36,176 nt of DNA, from assembly GCA_036397515.1 (NCBI GenBank), contig DASWIU010000137.1, positions 1 through 36,176 on the forward strand, given 5' to 3'. Below, piece by piece: positions 20,125 to 29,212 of the stretch. The notes under the pieces are model-generated. The model had not been told where the DNA came from and did not search any database. It was given only the letters and a program-made list of their open reading frames with translations. The number at the start of each line of letters is the position of its first letter. Within the stretch, counting starts at the first letter, position 1. The position numbers and the translations under genes were made by a program. The DNA comes from Desulfurivibrionaceae bacterium (GTDB taxonomy: Bacteria; Desulfobacterota; Desulfobulbia; Desulfobulbales; Desulfurivibrionaceae).

Positions 20125-20292
20125 AAACATCAACATCAGGTCTTCTGGCTTTCGGATCGTCTGCTGGTCTGCGGCCTTCCCCCAAGATACGTTCTGGAGT
20201 GACCGGGAATTTCCCCGTGGAGACCAGCATCCCCGATTACAGCGGCGGGACCGCCACGGATTTGCACCGTGTTCCGGGATGATGAAATGTTT
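20125..20292 (-). ncRNA. Cobalamin riboswitch
   Basis: The - strand reads GGAACACGGTGCAAATCCGTGGCGGTCCCGCCGCTGTAA...GTCACT...GGGAAGGC...AAGCCAGAAGACCTG, giving the P3-P5 core, P6 extension and B12 box. Confidence 0.93.
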
Positions 20293-20304
20293 ATTCTTTT
20301 TTGC

Positions 20305-20334
20305 AAATAAACCCTTTTTCCCCGAGCTTGTCAA
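20305..20334 (-). promoter_or_regulatory. Candidate promoter for the riboswitch-cbpAB transcript
   Basis: Perfect TTGACA at 20334-20329. The -10 region is only an AT-rich weak match (TTTATTT), just upstream of the aptamer. Confidence 0.45.
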
Positions 20335-20590
20335 GTGGGACTGTGCCGCATTTCAGGAAGAAAAACATGATAACCGGCAGCCGCAACGGAAAAAGTTTGG
20401 GGGTGTACGCGAGGGGGGAGACGCGCTCCGTTGTTCTGGAGTGATGGGGTAATCGGCTTTGTCCGTTTTTGAAAAACAACTTGCTCATTTCGCATGGCCA
20501 AAACGCATAAGGAGCCGCAAGGGAACATTCGGAACGGGACTATGTATTTTGTAACAGCTCCTGAAATCGGGACAAGTTTGCAAGCCGTCC

Positions 20591-20619
20591 TTGACTGTGG
20601 CCGGAAAGTTGGTTATTTT
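20591..20619 (+). promoter_or_regulatory. Candidate promoter for tRNA-Leu/tig
   Basis: TTGACT (20591-20596), 17-nt spacer, TATTTT (20614-20619), 11 nt before the tRNA. Confidence 0.55.
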
Positions 20620-20630
20620 TCCATGTTCAA

Positions 20631-20714
20631 GCGAGAGTGGCGGAATTGGTAGACGCACTGGTCTTAGGAACCAGCGCCTTTGGTATGGGGGTTCGACTCC
20701 CCCCTCTCGCACCA
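20631..20714 (+). tRNA. tRNA-Leu(TAG)
   Basis: Acceptor stem GCGAGAG/CTCTCGC, anticodon arm CTGGT-CT-TAG-GA-ACCAG, variable arm, GTTCGACTC, and encoded CCA. Confidence 0.96.
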
Positions 20715-20847
20715 GCGGAAAACAGCTCCGGCCCGCAGGCCGGGGTACCGGCAGATATATCATCCATACCGTGGAAGCGATCCTGAAAAGGCTGTTTCCC
20801 GGCGTGACTGTGTTGTTGAAAAATGTTTGAAACAAGGAAGGTGTTGC

Positions 20848-22164
20848 ATGCAGATCAATGTCGAAGATGTAAGTCCGCTTACCAAAAAAATGACTATCAC
20901 CCTGCCGGAAGCGCAGGTTGTCCAGGAGCTGGAATCCGCCTATAAAAAACTGAATTCCGAGGTTTCCCTGAAAGGGTTTCGCAAGGGCAAGATCCCCCGC
21001 CAGGTGCTGGAGAAAAATTACCGACCCAAGGTTGAGTATGAGGTGGCGGAAAAATTGATTCAGGGCACCTATTTTGACGCCCTTGGGAAAAGCAAGATCG
21101 ATGCGGTTGTGCACCCGGATATCCGTGAGCAGAAATTTGCCGAGGACGGGACCTTTATCTACACCGCGGAGGTGGATGTCCGGCCCCAGTTTGAACTGGC
21201 TCAGTATAAGGGGCTTGAGATCGAACAGACCGCGCTTGAGGTGACGGACGAGGAAATTGCCCAGGAGCTGGAGGTGCTGCGCAAGCAGATGGCTCCCCTG
21301 CAAAGCGTTGAAGACCGCGCCATTGAGAAGGGACACCTGGCCGTGGTTGATTTTCAGGGCTATCATAACGGCAACCCCATCAAGCAGGTGGTCGGGGAAA
21401 ATTATTCGGTTGATGTGGGGTCCAGTCAGTACGGCAACGAGTTTGAAGAGAGGCTTCTGGGCTTGAAAAAAGGCGAGGAAACTTCCCAGGAAATAGATTT
21501 TCCGGCAAATTTCGCCAACCCGATCCTGGCCGGCAAGAAGGTGGAGTTCAAGATCAATGTCAAGGATGTCAAGGAGAGGGTGTTGCCCGCCCTCGATGAT
21601 GAATTTGCCAAGGAGGTAGGCGAGGAGTTTGCCGACCTGGAGGCGCTCAAGGCCCATATCCGTGAGAAAAAGCTGCAGGCCAAGAAGGATGCCCAGCGGG
21701 GCGATCTCACCGACAAGCTGATGCGGGTGTTGATCGAAAACCATGATTTTGAGATTCCGCCGAGGCTGGTGGCCTATGAAATCGAGGCCATGATCAAGGA
21801 GCTGGAAAGCAACCTGGAGCGGCAGGGGATGACCCTGGAAGCCGCCGGCTTCAACCGGGATGCCCTGGTGGAACAATATAAGCTTGCCGCCCAGGCGCGG
21901 GTCAAGGGCGATTTCCTCTTGAAGAAGGTGGCGGAAAAGGAAGGGCTCAAGCTGGAAAATGAAGATATCGATAAGGGCTTTACGCGTATCTCCGAGCAGT
22001 ACAATATGCCGGTCAGCGAAGTGAAGAAATATTTTTCCAGCAGGGATGATCTGCTGCCCTTCATGGCGGAGCTGTTGAACGAAAAGATTTTAAGTTTCCT
22101 GCTTGACGCAGCCAAGATGAAAATCGTGCCGGCTGTTGCCCAGGGTGTGAGTGACCCCCAGTAA
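20848..22164 (+). CDS. tig: Trigger factor
   Basis: Ribosome-binding motif KGFRKGKIP, an FKBP domain, and the tRNA-Leu-tig-clpP-clpX-lon context. Start at ATG 20848 after AAGGAAGG. Confidence 0.95.
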   Translation: MQINVEDVSPLTKKMTITLPEAQVVQELESAYKKLNSEVSLKGFRKGKIPRQVLEKNYRPKVEYEVAEKLIQGTYFDALGKSKIDAVVHPDIREQKFAEDGTFIYTAEVDVRPQFELAQYKGLEIEQTALEVTDEEIAQELEVLRKQMAPLQSVEDRAIEKGHLAVVDFQGYHNGNPIKQVVGENYSVDVGSSQYGNEFEERLLGLKKGEETSQEIDFPANFANPILAGKKVEFKINVKDVKERVLPALDDEFAKEVGEEFADLEALKAHIREKKLQAKKDAQRGDLTDKLMRVLIENHDFEIPPRLVAYEIEAMIKELESNLERQGMTLEAAGFNRDALVEQYKLAAQARVKGDFLLKKVAEKEGLKLENEDIDKGFTRISEQYNMPVSEVKKYFSSRDDLLPFMAELLNEKILSFLLDAAKMKIVPAVAQGVSDPQ

Positions 22165-22184
22165 CCTTTTGAAGGAGCATGTCC

Positions 22185-22805
22185 ATGAATCTTGTCCCCA
22201 TGGTTGTTGAGCAGAGTCCCCGCGGAGAGCGGGCCTATGATATCTATTCCCGGCTGTTGAAAGAGAGGATTATTTTTTTGGGTTCGGCCATAAATGACGA
22301 TATAGCCAACATAGTCATCGCCCAGATTCTTTTTCTGGAAGCCGATGACCCGGACAAGGATATCACCTTTTATATCAACTCCCCCGGGGGAGTGGTGACG
22401 GCAGGCATGGCCATTTATGATACAATGCACTATGTGAAGTGCGATATCGCCACCCTCTGCATGGGCCAGGCGGCCAGCATGGGCGCGGTGCTTCTCGCCG
22501 CCGGCACCGAGGGGAAACGGTATGCGCTGCCGAACTCCCGGATCATGCTGCACCAGCCCATGGGGGGCTTCCAGGGGCAGGCCTCGGATATCGATATCCA
22601 CGCCAAGGAGATTTTGCGGATGCGGCAGTCCTTGAATACCATTCTGGCGCATCATACCAAGCAAAAGCTCAAGAAGATTCAAGTTGACACGGACCGGGAT
22701 TTTTTCATGGGAGCCGAGGAAGCCAAGGCCTATGGGGTAATCGACAAGGTGCTGGTGAAACGGGCGAATCCTGAAGGGGAGAGTGGTCATGGCAAAAGAT
22801 CATAA
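22185..22805 (+). CDS. clpP: ATP-dependent Clp protease proteolytic subunit
   Basis: [21 protein letters not shown], and the catalytic triad AASMGA / MLHQP / DRD. Confidence 0.97.
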   Translation: MNLVPMVVEQSPRGERAYDIYSRLLKERIIFLGSAINDDIANIVIAQILFLEADDPDKDITFYINSPGGVVTAGMAIYDTMHYVKCDIATLCMGQAASMGAVLLAAGTEGKRYALPNSRIMLHQPMGGFQGQASDIDIHAKEILRMRQSLNTILAHHTKQKLKKIQVDTDRDFFMGAEEAKAYGVIDKVLVKRANPEGESGHGKRS

Positions 22806-24054
22806 CGGCGAAGTGGAAGTCACCTGTTCCTTTTGCGGCAAAAGCCAGGATGAGGTCAAGAAGCTGATCGCCGGGCCGACCGTGTATATCTGCAACGAGT
22901 GCATCGACCTGTGCAATGAGATCGTCACCGAGGACAGGCAGCAGGCGCTGGAATCGCAGCTGGTGGCCTCAACCCTCAAGCCCCATGACATCAAGGCCCA
23001 CCTTGACGAGTATGTGATCGGTCAGGAAAAGGCCAAGAAGGTTCTCGCGGTCGCGGTGCATAATCATTACAAGCGGATAGAGGCCCAGGGCAGCGGCGAC
23101 GGCAGCGAGGTCGAATTGCAGAAAAGCAATATCCTGCTGGTCGGCCCGACCGGCTGCGGCAAGACGCTTCTGGCCCAGACCCTGGCGAAGATCCTCAATG
23201 TTCCCTTTGCCATGGCCGACGCCACCACCTTGACCGAGGCGGGTTATGTCGGCGAGGATGTGGAGAATATTCTGGTCAACCTGCTCCAGGCCGCGGATCA
23301 CGACATCCAGCGGGCCAGCCGCGGGATCATCTATATCGATGAAATCGACAAGATCGCCCGGAAATCGGACAGCGCCTCCATCACCCGCGATGTCTCCGGC
23401 GAAGGGGTGCAGCAGGCGCTGCTGAAGATCATCGAAGGGACCGTGGCCAGTGTCCCCCCCAAGGGCGGGCGCAAGCATCCCCAGCAGGAATATATCAAGA
23501 TCGATACCACCAATATCCTCTTTATCTGCGGCGGGGCCTTTGTCGGCCTGGACGGCGTGATCAAGCAGCGGACCGGCACCAAGTCCATGGGCTTTGGGGC
23601 CAAGGTGGTCGGCAAGCCGACGAAGACGGTGGGAGATATCCTTGCCCAGGTGCAGGCGGAAGATCTGCTGCGCTTTGGGCTGATTCCGGAGCTGGTCGGC
23701 CGCCTGCCCGTGGTGGCGACCATGGAGGAGCTGGATGAGGAGGATATGGTCCGCGTTCTCCGGACGCCCAAGAACGCCCTGACCAAGCAGTATGAGCGCC
23801 TCTTTGCCTTTGACAATATCCGGCTGCGCTTTACCGAGGGGGCGCTCAAGGCCATCGCCCAGCAGGCGATCAAGCGAAAGTCCGGCGCCCGCGGCTTGAG
23901 AACGGTCATGGAGCAGGCGATGCTTGATATCATGTACGAGTTGCCCTCCAAGGAAAACGTGCGGGAATGCGTGATCAGCGAGCAGGTGGTGCTGAACGGC
24001 GATTATCCGGTGATTTTGTACGATAACGACGCGGAATCAAAGAAAAGCGCCTGA
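22789..24054 (+). CDS. clpX: ATP-dependent Clp protease ATP-binding subunit
   Basis: Zn finger CSFCGK...[43 protein letters not shown], and an MGF ClpP-docking loop. Confidence 0.97.
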   Translation: MAKDHNGEVEVTCSFCGKSQDEVKKLIAGPTVYICNECIDLCNEIVTEDRQQALESQLVASTLKPHDIKAHLDEYVIGQEKAKKVLAVAVHNHYKRIEAQGSGDGSEVELQKSNILLVGPTGCGKTLLAQTLAKILNVPFAMADATTLTEAGYVGEDVENILVNLLQAADHDIQRASRGIIYIDEIDKIARKSDSASITRDVSGEGVQQALLKIIEGTVASVPPKGGRKHPQQEYIKIDTTNILFICGGAFVGLDGVIKQRTGTKSMGFGAKVVGKPTKTVGDILAQVQAEDLLRFGLIPELVGRLPVVATMEELDEEDMVRVLRTPKNALTKQYERLFAFDNIRLRFTEGALKAIAQQAIKRKSGARGLRTVMEQAMLDIMYELPSKENVRECVISEQVVLNGDYPVILYDNDAESKKSA

Positions 24055-24098
24055 ACCGGCGCGCAGTCTCTTAACCCATCAAGGGTGCCTTGAACATT

Positions 24099-26510
24099 AT
24101 GGCCGAGTTTGATCCCGAACAGGAAATTGCCTATCCGATGATGCCCTTGCGGGACATCGTGATCTTCCCCTATATGGTGGCGCCCTTGGTGGTTGGCCGG
24201 GAGCGCTCCATCAAGGCCCTGGAAGAGGCGATGGCCAAGCGTTCCGAGATCTTTCTCGTAACCCAGAAGGACGCGGCCGAGGATGATCCGACCGAGGAGA
24301 GCGTGCATGCGGTGGGAACCGTGGCCACGGTCATGCAACTGCTCCGTCTGCCGGACGGCACGATCAAGGCCCTGGTCGAAGGCAAAAGAAGGGGCAGGAT
24401 CGCAAGGCATCTGCCCAATCCCGACTATTTTGTGGTGCAGCTTGCAGGCGGCGAGGTCGAGGACGAGGGCGGTCTTGAAGCAACCGCCTATGTGCGGGAG
24501 ATCCAGACAAGTTTCAAGGAGTATGTCAAATACAACAAAAAGGTGCCGGCCGAGGTTATCAAATCCCTGGCCCGCATTGAGCGGCCCGCGAAATTTGTCG
24601 ATGTCCTGGCCGCGCATCTGCCCCTGAATGTGCAGGAAAAGCAGGGAATCCTGGCGAATTTTTCGGTTGTGGCGCGGCTGGAACAGGTGCTGACCCTTAT
24701 CCATAAAGAGATTGAGATCGCCGAGCTTGAGGAGGTTATCCGGGCCCGGGTGAAGAAAAAAATGGATAAGACCCAGAAGGATTATTTTCTGGCGGAACAG
24801 CTCCGCGCCATCCAGAAAGAGATGGGAAGCGCCGAGGATGCCTCTTCCGAGCTTGAGGCGCTGGACAAGGCGATCCAGGAGAAAAACCTGCCCGAGGCGG
24901 CCCGCGCCAAGCTGGAGCAGGAATTCAAGAAGCTGAAGATGATGCCGGCCATGTCGGCCGAGGCCACGGTGGTCCGCAATTACATCGACTGCATCCTCAG
25001 CCTGCCCTGGCGGGAAAAAACCGAAGAGAAGATCGATATCCTGGCGGCCGAGGAAGTCCTGGCCCAGGATCACCATGGCCTCTTGAAGCCCAAGGAGCGG
25101 ATCCTTGAATATCTTGCCGTGCAGGCCCAGGTGGAGAAAATCAAGGGGCCGATTCTCTGCCTGGTCGGTCCGCCCGGGGTGGGGAAGACCTCGCTGTGCA
25201 AATCCCTGGCCCGGGCCATGGGGCGCAAGTTCGTCCGGCTCTCCTTGGGCGGGGTCCGTGACGAGGCCGAGATCCGGGGGCACCGGCGCACCTATATCGG
25301 CGCCTTGCCCGGCAAGATCATCCAGTCCATGCAGAAGGCCAAGGTGGTGAATCCGGTTATCTGTCTCGATGAAGTGGACAAGATGAGCATGGATTTTCGG
25401 GGGGATCCTTCTTCCGCCCTGTTGGAGGTGCTGGACCCGGAGCAAAATGTCGCTTTCAACGACCACTATCTTGATCTCGACTATGACCTGTCCGGGGTTT
25501 TTTTCGTGACCACCGCCAACAATCTCCACGCCATCCCGGCCCCGCTCCAGGATCGGATGGAGATAATCAAGCTCAATGGCTATACGGAAGAGGATAAGCT
25601 GCATATCGCCCAGGGCTTTCTGGTGCCCAAGCAGCTTACGGCCAACGGCTTCGGGCCGGAGGACATCACCTTCAACGATGGGGCGATCCTTGAGATTATC
25701 CGGAGATACACCCGCGAAGCCGGGGTGCGCAACCTTGAGCGCAGCATCGCCTCGGTGTGCCGCAAGGTGGCCCGGGACCGGCAAAAGAAAAAGACGGACA
25801 AGCGATACCGGCTGAACGATGCCGCCATTGCCAAGTATCTGGGCGGGGTCCGGTACCGTTTTGGCCTGGCCGAGGAACGGGATAAGATCGGGCTTACCAC
25901 CGGTCTGGCCTGGACCGAGGTGGGCGGCGAGTTGCTGCAGATCGAGACGGCCCTGATGCCGGGGAAAGGGAATCTGACCGTGACCGGCAAGCTTGGCGAC
26001 GTGATGCAGGAATCCGCCCAGGCCGCCTTGAGCTATGTACGGACCCGGGCCTTGCAGCTCGGCCTGTTGCCGGATTTTTATCAAAAACTTGATATCCATA
26101 TCCATGTGCCGGAAGGGGCTATTCCCAAGGATGGGCCGTCCGCCGGGATCACCATGGCGACCTCGATGGTTTCCGCCTTGCTCAAGCTGCCGGTCCGGCG
26201 GGATATCGCCATGACCGGGGAAATTACCCTGCGGGGCAGGGTTTTGCCCATTGGCGGACTCACCGAGAAGCTCCTTGCCGCGCGGCGGGGAAATATCAAG
26301 CATGTTCTGATCCCCCGGGAGAATGAAGCCGACCTTAACGAAATCCCGGCAAGGATTCTCAAGGGGCTCACCGTGGAACTGGTCGAGCATGTGGACGAAG
26401 TCCTGGCGAAGGCCTTGGTTCTCCCGGAGGGGTCTATTCTTTTCAAGGATATCCCCTTTGGCGATTTTGGCGTGGAAGGGGTGCTTCCTTCGAACAATGT
26501 GGCCCATTAG
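24099..26510 (+). CDS. lon: Lon protease
   Basis: [10 protein letters not shown]-domain, [20 protein letters not shown], and catalytic PKDGPSAG with a downstream Lys. Confidence 0.97.
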   Translation: MAEFDPEQEIAYPMMPLRDIVIFPYMVAPLVVGRERSIKALEEAMAKRSEIFLVTQKDAAEDDPTEESVHAVGTVATVMQLLRLPDGTIKALVEGKRRGRIARHLPNPDYFVVQLAGGEVEDEGGLEATAYVREIQTSFKEYVKYNKKVPAEVIKSLARIERPAKFVDVLAAHLPLNVQEKQGILANFSVVARLEQVLTLIHKEIEIAELEEVIRARVKKKMDKTQKDYFLAEQLRAIQKEMGSAEDASSELEALDKAIQEKNLPEAARAKLEQEFKKLKMMPAMSAEATVVRNYIDCILSLPWREKTEEKIDILAAEEVLAQDHHGLLKPKERILEYLAVQAQVEKIKGPILCLVGPPGVGKTSLCKSLARAMGRKFVRLSLGGVRDEAEIRGHRRTYIGALPGKIIQSMQKAKVVNPVICLDEVDKMSMDFRGDPSSALLEVLDPEQNVAFNDHYLDLDYDLSGVFFVTTANNLHAIPAPLQDRMEIIKLNGYTEEDKLHIAQGFLVPKQLTANGFGPEDITFNDGAILEIIRRYTREAGVRNLERSIASVCRKVARDRQKKKTDKRYRLNDAAIAKYLGGVRYRFGLAEERDKIGLTTGLAWTEVGGELLQIETALMPGKGNLTVTGKLGDVMQESAQAALSYVRTRALQLGLLPDFYQKLDIHIHVPEGAIPKDGPSAGITMATSMVSALLKLPVRRDIAMTGEITLRGRVLPIGGLTEKLLAARRGNIKHVLIPRENEADLNEIPARILKGLTVELVEHVDEVLAKALVLPEGSILFKDIPFGDFGVEGVLPSNNVAH

Positions 26511-26593
26511 CCGAGGAGAGTTTTTTGTCCGCGGACATTAGGCGGAGTACCCCGGTCTGTTGCTTTTATTTTAGAATGCGCTGAGTTTTTTGC

Positions 26594-26630
26594 TTGACGG
26601 AATATGGGTGGCAAGAGTATATCTTGCCAC
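26594..26630 (+). promoter_or_regulatory. Candidate tRNA promoter with an overlapping palindrome
   Basis: TTGACG (26594-26599) and TATATC (26618-26623). The -10 region sits inside GTGGCAAGA-N5-TCTTGCCAC. Confidence 0.5.
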
Positions 26631-26640
26631 ACTTCATGTG

Positions 26641-26716
26641 GGGCGAATAGCTCAGCTGGGAGAGCATCGGCCTTACAAGCCGAGGGTCACAGGTTCGATC
26701 CCTGTTTCGCCCACCA
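26641..26716 (+). tRNA. tRNA-Val(TAC)
   Basis: GGGCGAA/TTCGCCC acceptor, TCGGC-CT-TAC-AA-GCCGA anticodon arm, GGTTCGATCC, and CCA. Confidence 0.97.
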
Positions 26717-26722
26717 CAAAGA

Positions 26723-26799
26723 GGAGTGGTAGTTCAGTTGGTTAGAATACCGGCCTGTCACGCCGGGGGTCGCGGGTTCGAGCCCCGTCCACTCCGCCA
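26723..26799 (+). tRNA. tRNA-Asp(GTC)
   Basis: GGAGTGG/CCACTCC acceptor, CCGGC-CT-GTC-AC-GCCGG anticodon arm, GGTTCGAGCC, and CCA. Confidence 0.97.
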
Positions 26800-26810
26800 A
26801 AAAAGGAATT

Positions 26811-26847
26811 AAAGGGATTAGCGATTACGGCTAATCCCTTTTTTTTT
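26811..26847 (+). terminator. Intrinsic terminator after the tRNA pair
   Basis: AAAGGGATTAGC, 7-nt loop, GCTAATCCCTTT, then a long T run. Confidence 0.9.
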
Positions 26848-26890
26848 AAATTATCCGTGCCGGATTCCCGGTTTTCCTTGGAGCAAGTGC

Positions 26891-26920
26891 TTGACACCGC
26901 CTGTGCCCCATGAGTAACAT
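26891..26920 (+). promoter_or_regulatory. Candidate promoter for the mla operon
   Basis: TTGACA (26891-26896), 18-nt spacer, TAACAT (26915-26920). Confidence 0.5.
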
Positions 26921-27027
26921 GAAGGCTTTATGGGATGGTGCAATCGAATAATTGGCTAACGCCTGGAGCTTGTCATAATGGTTTGTTGTGAAACGTGTTG
27001 TTGCGCAACCCCATGCACGAGGAGCCT

Positions 27028-27816
27028 ATGATCCGTTCTCTGGAAAAAATAGGAAGCAACACCATCTGGCTCCTGGAAGATCTGGGCCGGATGGGGTCGT
27101 TTCTGGTTTTGGGCCTCAGCGGCGTTTTTAAAAGGCCCTTTCGATTTTCCGCCATGATCCGCCAGGTCCGCCTGATCGGCGCCAATTCCTTCTGGGTTAT
27201 ATTTTTTGTCGCAGGGTTCACCGGCATGGTCCTTGGCTTGCAGGGATATTATACCTTGCGTAAATTCGGCTCGGAAGGCGCCTTGGGGTCGGCGGTTTCC
27301 CTGTCCCTGCTCCGGGAGCTGGGTCCGGTGTTGACGGCCCTGATGGTTACCGGACGCGCCGGGTCGGCGATGTGCGCCGAAATCGGGATCATGCGCAATA
27401 GCGAGCAGCTTGACGCCCTGGAATGCATGGCCATCGACCCTTTCCGCTATCTCATCACGCCAAAGTTTCTTGCCACGCTCATCTCGGTTCCGATTCTCAC
27501 CATTTTTTTCAACGTTGTCGGCATCTTCGGCGGGTATCTCGCCGGGTGCGGCTTGTTGGGGGTCAACCCCGGAGCGTATTGGGCCGGCATGGAGCAGAGC
27601 GTTGTGAATCAGGATATAAACATGGGCATTATAAAATCTTTTGTTTTTGCCTTGGTGATCGTCTGGGTGTGCGCGGGGCGCGGCTATTTTGTGCACGTCA
27701 TCCGGGGGGCCGGTTTTGGCGCCGAGGGGGTGAGCAAGGTCACCACCCAGGCAGTCGTTCTTTCCTCCGTCGCGATTCTTATCTGGGATTATCTTCTTAC
27801 GGCGATACTGTTATGA
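27028..27816 (+). CDS. mlaE: MlaE-family lipid-asymmetry ABC permease
   Basis: FTGMVLGLQGY, LLRELGPVLTAL..GRAGSAMCAEIG.MR.SEQLDALE.M, GAEGVSKVTTQAVV. GAGGAG RBS. Confidence 0.93.
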   Translation: MIRSLEKIGSNTIWLLEDLGRMGSFLVLGLSGVFKRPFRFSAMIRQVRLIGANSFWVIFFVAGFTGMVLGLQGYYTLRKFGSEGALGSAVSLSLLRELGPVLTALMVTGRAGSAMCAEIGIMRNSEQLDALECMAIDPFRYLITPKFLATLISVPILTIFFNVVGIFGGYLAGCGLLGVNPGAYWAGMEQSVVNQDINMGIIKSFVFALVIVWVCAGRGYFVHVIRGAGFGAEGVSKVTTQAVVLSSVAILIWDYLLTAILL

Positions 27817-28580
27817 GTCAGGCGGTTATCGAGTTTAAAGATGTTGTGAAATCCTTTGGCCAGCAAACCATTCTTGACCGGGTCAACCTGACGATCAATT
27901 CCGGCAAGACCACGGTTATTGCCGGACCGAGCGGCCAGGGGAAAAGTGTGACCATGAAGCTCATCCTGGGGCTCTTGCGTCCGGATTCCGGGCAGATTCT
28001 GGTGGATGGCCAAGATATCTCCAAGATGCGCGGCAAGGCGCTGAACGAGATTCGCACAAAATTCGGCGTCCTTTTTCAGGGCTCGGCGCTGCTTGATTCC
28101 TTGAGTGTTTTTGCCAACGTGGCTCTGCCCCTTGAAGAGCGGACAAAGTTAGGCAGCGTGGAGATCCGGAAGCGGGTGCTCGCTACCCTGGAGCAGCTTG
28201 GTCTCACGGGCCATGAGGATAAATATCCGGCCCAGTTGAGCGGCGGCATGCGAAAAAGGGTGGGGCTTGCCAGGGCGTTGATGCTGCATCCGGAAATAAT
28301 GCTGTTTGATGAGCCGACCACGGGCCTGGACCCCGAAAAATCCCTGGAGATTTACAAACTTTTTCTGGAGACCCAGAAGAAATTCGGCTATACGTCAATT
28401 ATAGTCAGTCACGATATCCCTAAAATTTTCAATCTGGCAGATCAGGTCATTTTGATCAATAAAGGCAAGTTCAATACCTTTGCCAGTCCTGAAGATATTC
28501 AACAGAGTGAACTTCCCGAGATTCAGGCCTTTGTGCAGAACACCATGGGAAAGGTTTATTTAAGCAGGGAGATGGAATAA
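27813..28580 (+). CDS. mlaF: MlaF-family ABC ATPase
   Basis: GPSGQGKS, FQGSALLDSL, LSGGMRKRVGLARAL, FDEPTTGLDP. ATGA overlap with the mlaE stop. Confidence 0.92.
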   Translation: MSQAVIEFKDVVKSFGQQTILDRVNLTINSGKTTVIAGPSGQGKSVTMKLILGLLRPDSGQILVDGQDISKMRGKALNEIRTKFGVLFQGSALLDSLSVFANVALPLEERTKLGSVEIRKRVLATLEQLGLTGHEDKYPAQLSGGMRKRVGLARALMLHPEIMLFDEPTTGLDPEKSLEIYKLFLETQKKFGYTSIIVSHDIPKIFNLADQVILINKGKFNTFASPEDIQQSELPEIQAFVQNTMGKVYLSREME

Positions 28581-28585
28581 CGGGT

Positions 28586-29032
28586 ATGAAGAAGATAAAT
28601 GTTGATGCGATTGTTGGTCTCTTTGTGCTGGCGGGTTTTTTGGCTTTTGTGTATATGTCTCTGCAATTGGGGGAGTTTTCGGTGTTCTCCATGGAGAAGA
28701 CCTATTCCGTGCAGGCGACCTTTGGCAATGTCTCCGGCCTGAAGCGCGGAGCCCTGGTGGAAATGGCCGGGGTTAACGTGGGCAAGGTGAGCAACATCTC
28801 GTTGGGGGAAGATGATCTGGCCCAGGTTGAGCTTCTGATCAATAACGGGGTCAAGATCACCGATGATGCAATCGCCTCCATTAAAACCCAGGGGATTATC
28901 GGGGATAAATATATTAAAATTTCCCAGGGCGGTTCGGAAGAATTGCTGGTTGATGGGGCGGTTATCACGGAAACAGAATCCGCGCTTGATCTTGAGGAAC
29001 TGGTGAGCAAGTATATCTTCGGCGATGTCTGA
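28586..29032 (+). CDS. mlaD: MCE-domain protein MlaD
   Basis: N-terminal TM (VGLFVLAG), FGNVSGLK.GA.V.MAGV.VGKV, ASIKTQGIIGDKYI. Confidence 0.93.
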   Translation: MKKINVDAIVGLFVLAGFLAFVYMSLQLGEFSVFSMEKTYSVQATFGNVSGLKRGALVEMAGVNVGKVSNISLGEDDLAQVELLINNGVKITDDAIASIKTQGIIGDKYIKISQGGSEELLVDGAVITETESALDLEELVSKYIFGDV

Positions 29033-29212
29033 TCACCCGGAATGTCTCGGATTGCGGACGGGTTTTGGGAAATTCCTTTAAAAGAGCAACATATCCGGCA
29101 TACATAAAATAAGTTATTTTTTCGTTGGCTCCTGCTTGGGTGTCCTGTTCAGTTTGGCTTGGCGACAACGAGTTTTTTGGCTTTTTAGTAAATTGGGTTA
29201 CAGAGGATGATC

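Noticed and set aside
19874-20230. 118-aa ORF from the track upstream of the radical SAM gene
   Set aside because: Its 5' part runs through the riboswitch and attenuator. Only the last 42 codons, from ATG 20002 with a strong RBS, are credible.
20680-20847. N-terminal extension of tig in the ORF track
   Set aside because: It begins inside tRNA-Leu. Trigger-factor homology and the RBS point to ATG 20848.
24003-26507. 834-aa ORF antisense to lon (and similar ORFs opposite the MesB-like gene, bamA, tig, mlaA/C, plsX and fabH)
   Set aside because: Same shadow-frame artefact in each case.
20631-26847. tRNA genes as integration sites for an island or prophage
   Set aside because: No integrase and no duplicated tRNA 3' end seen. 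The flanking genes are core genes.
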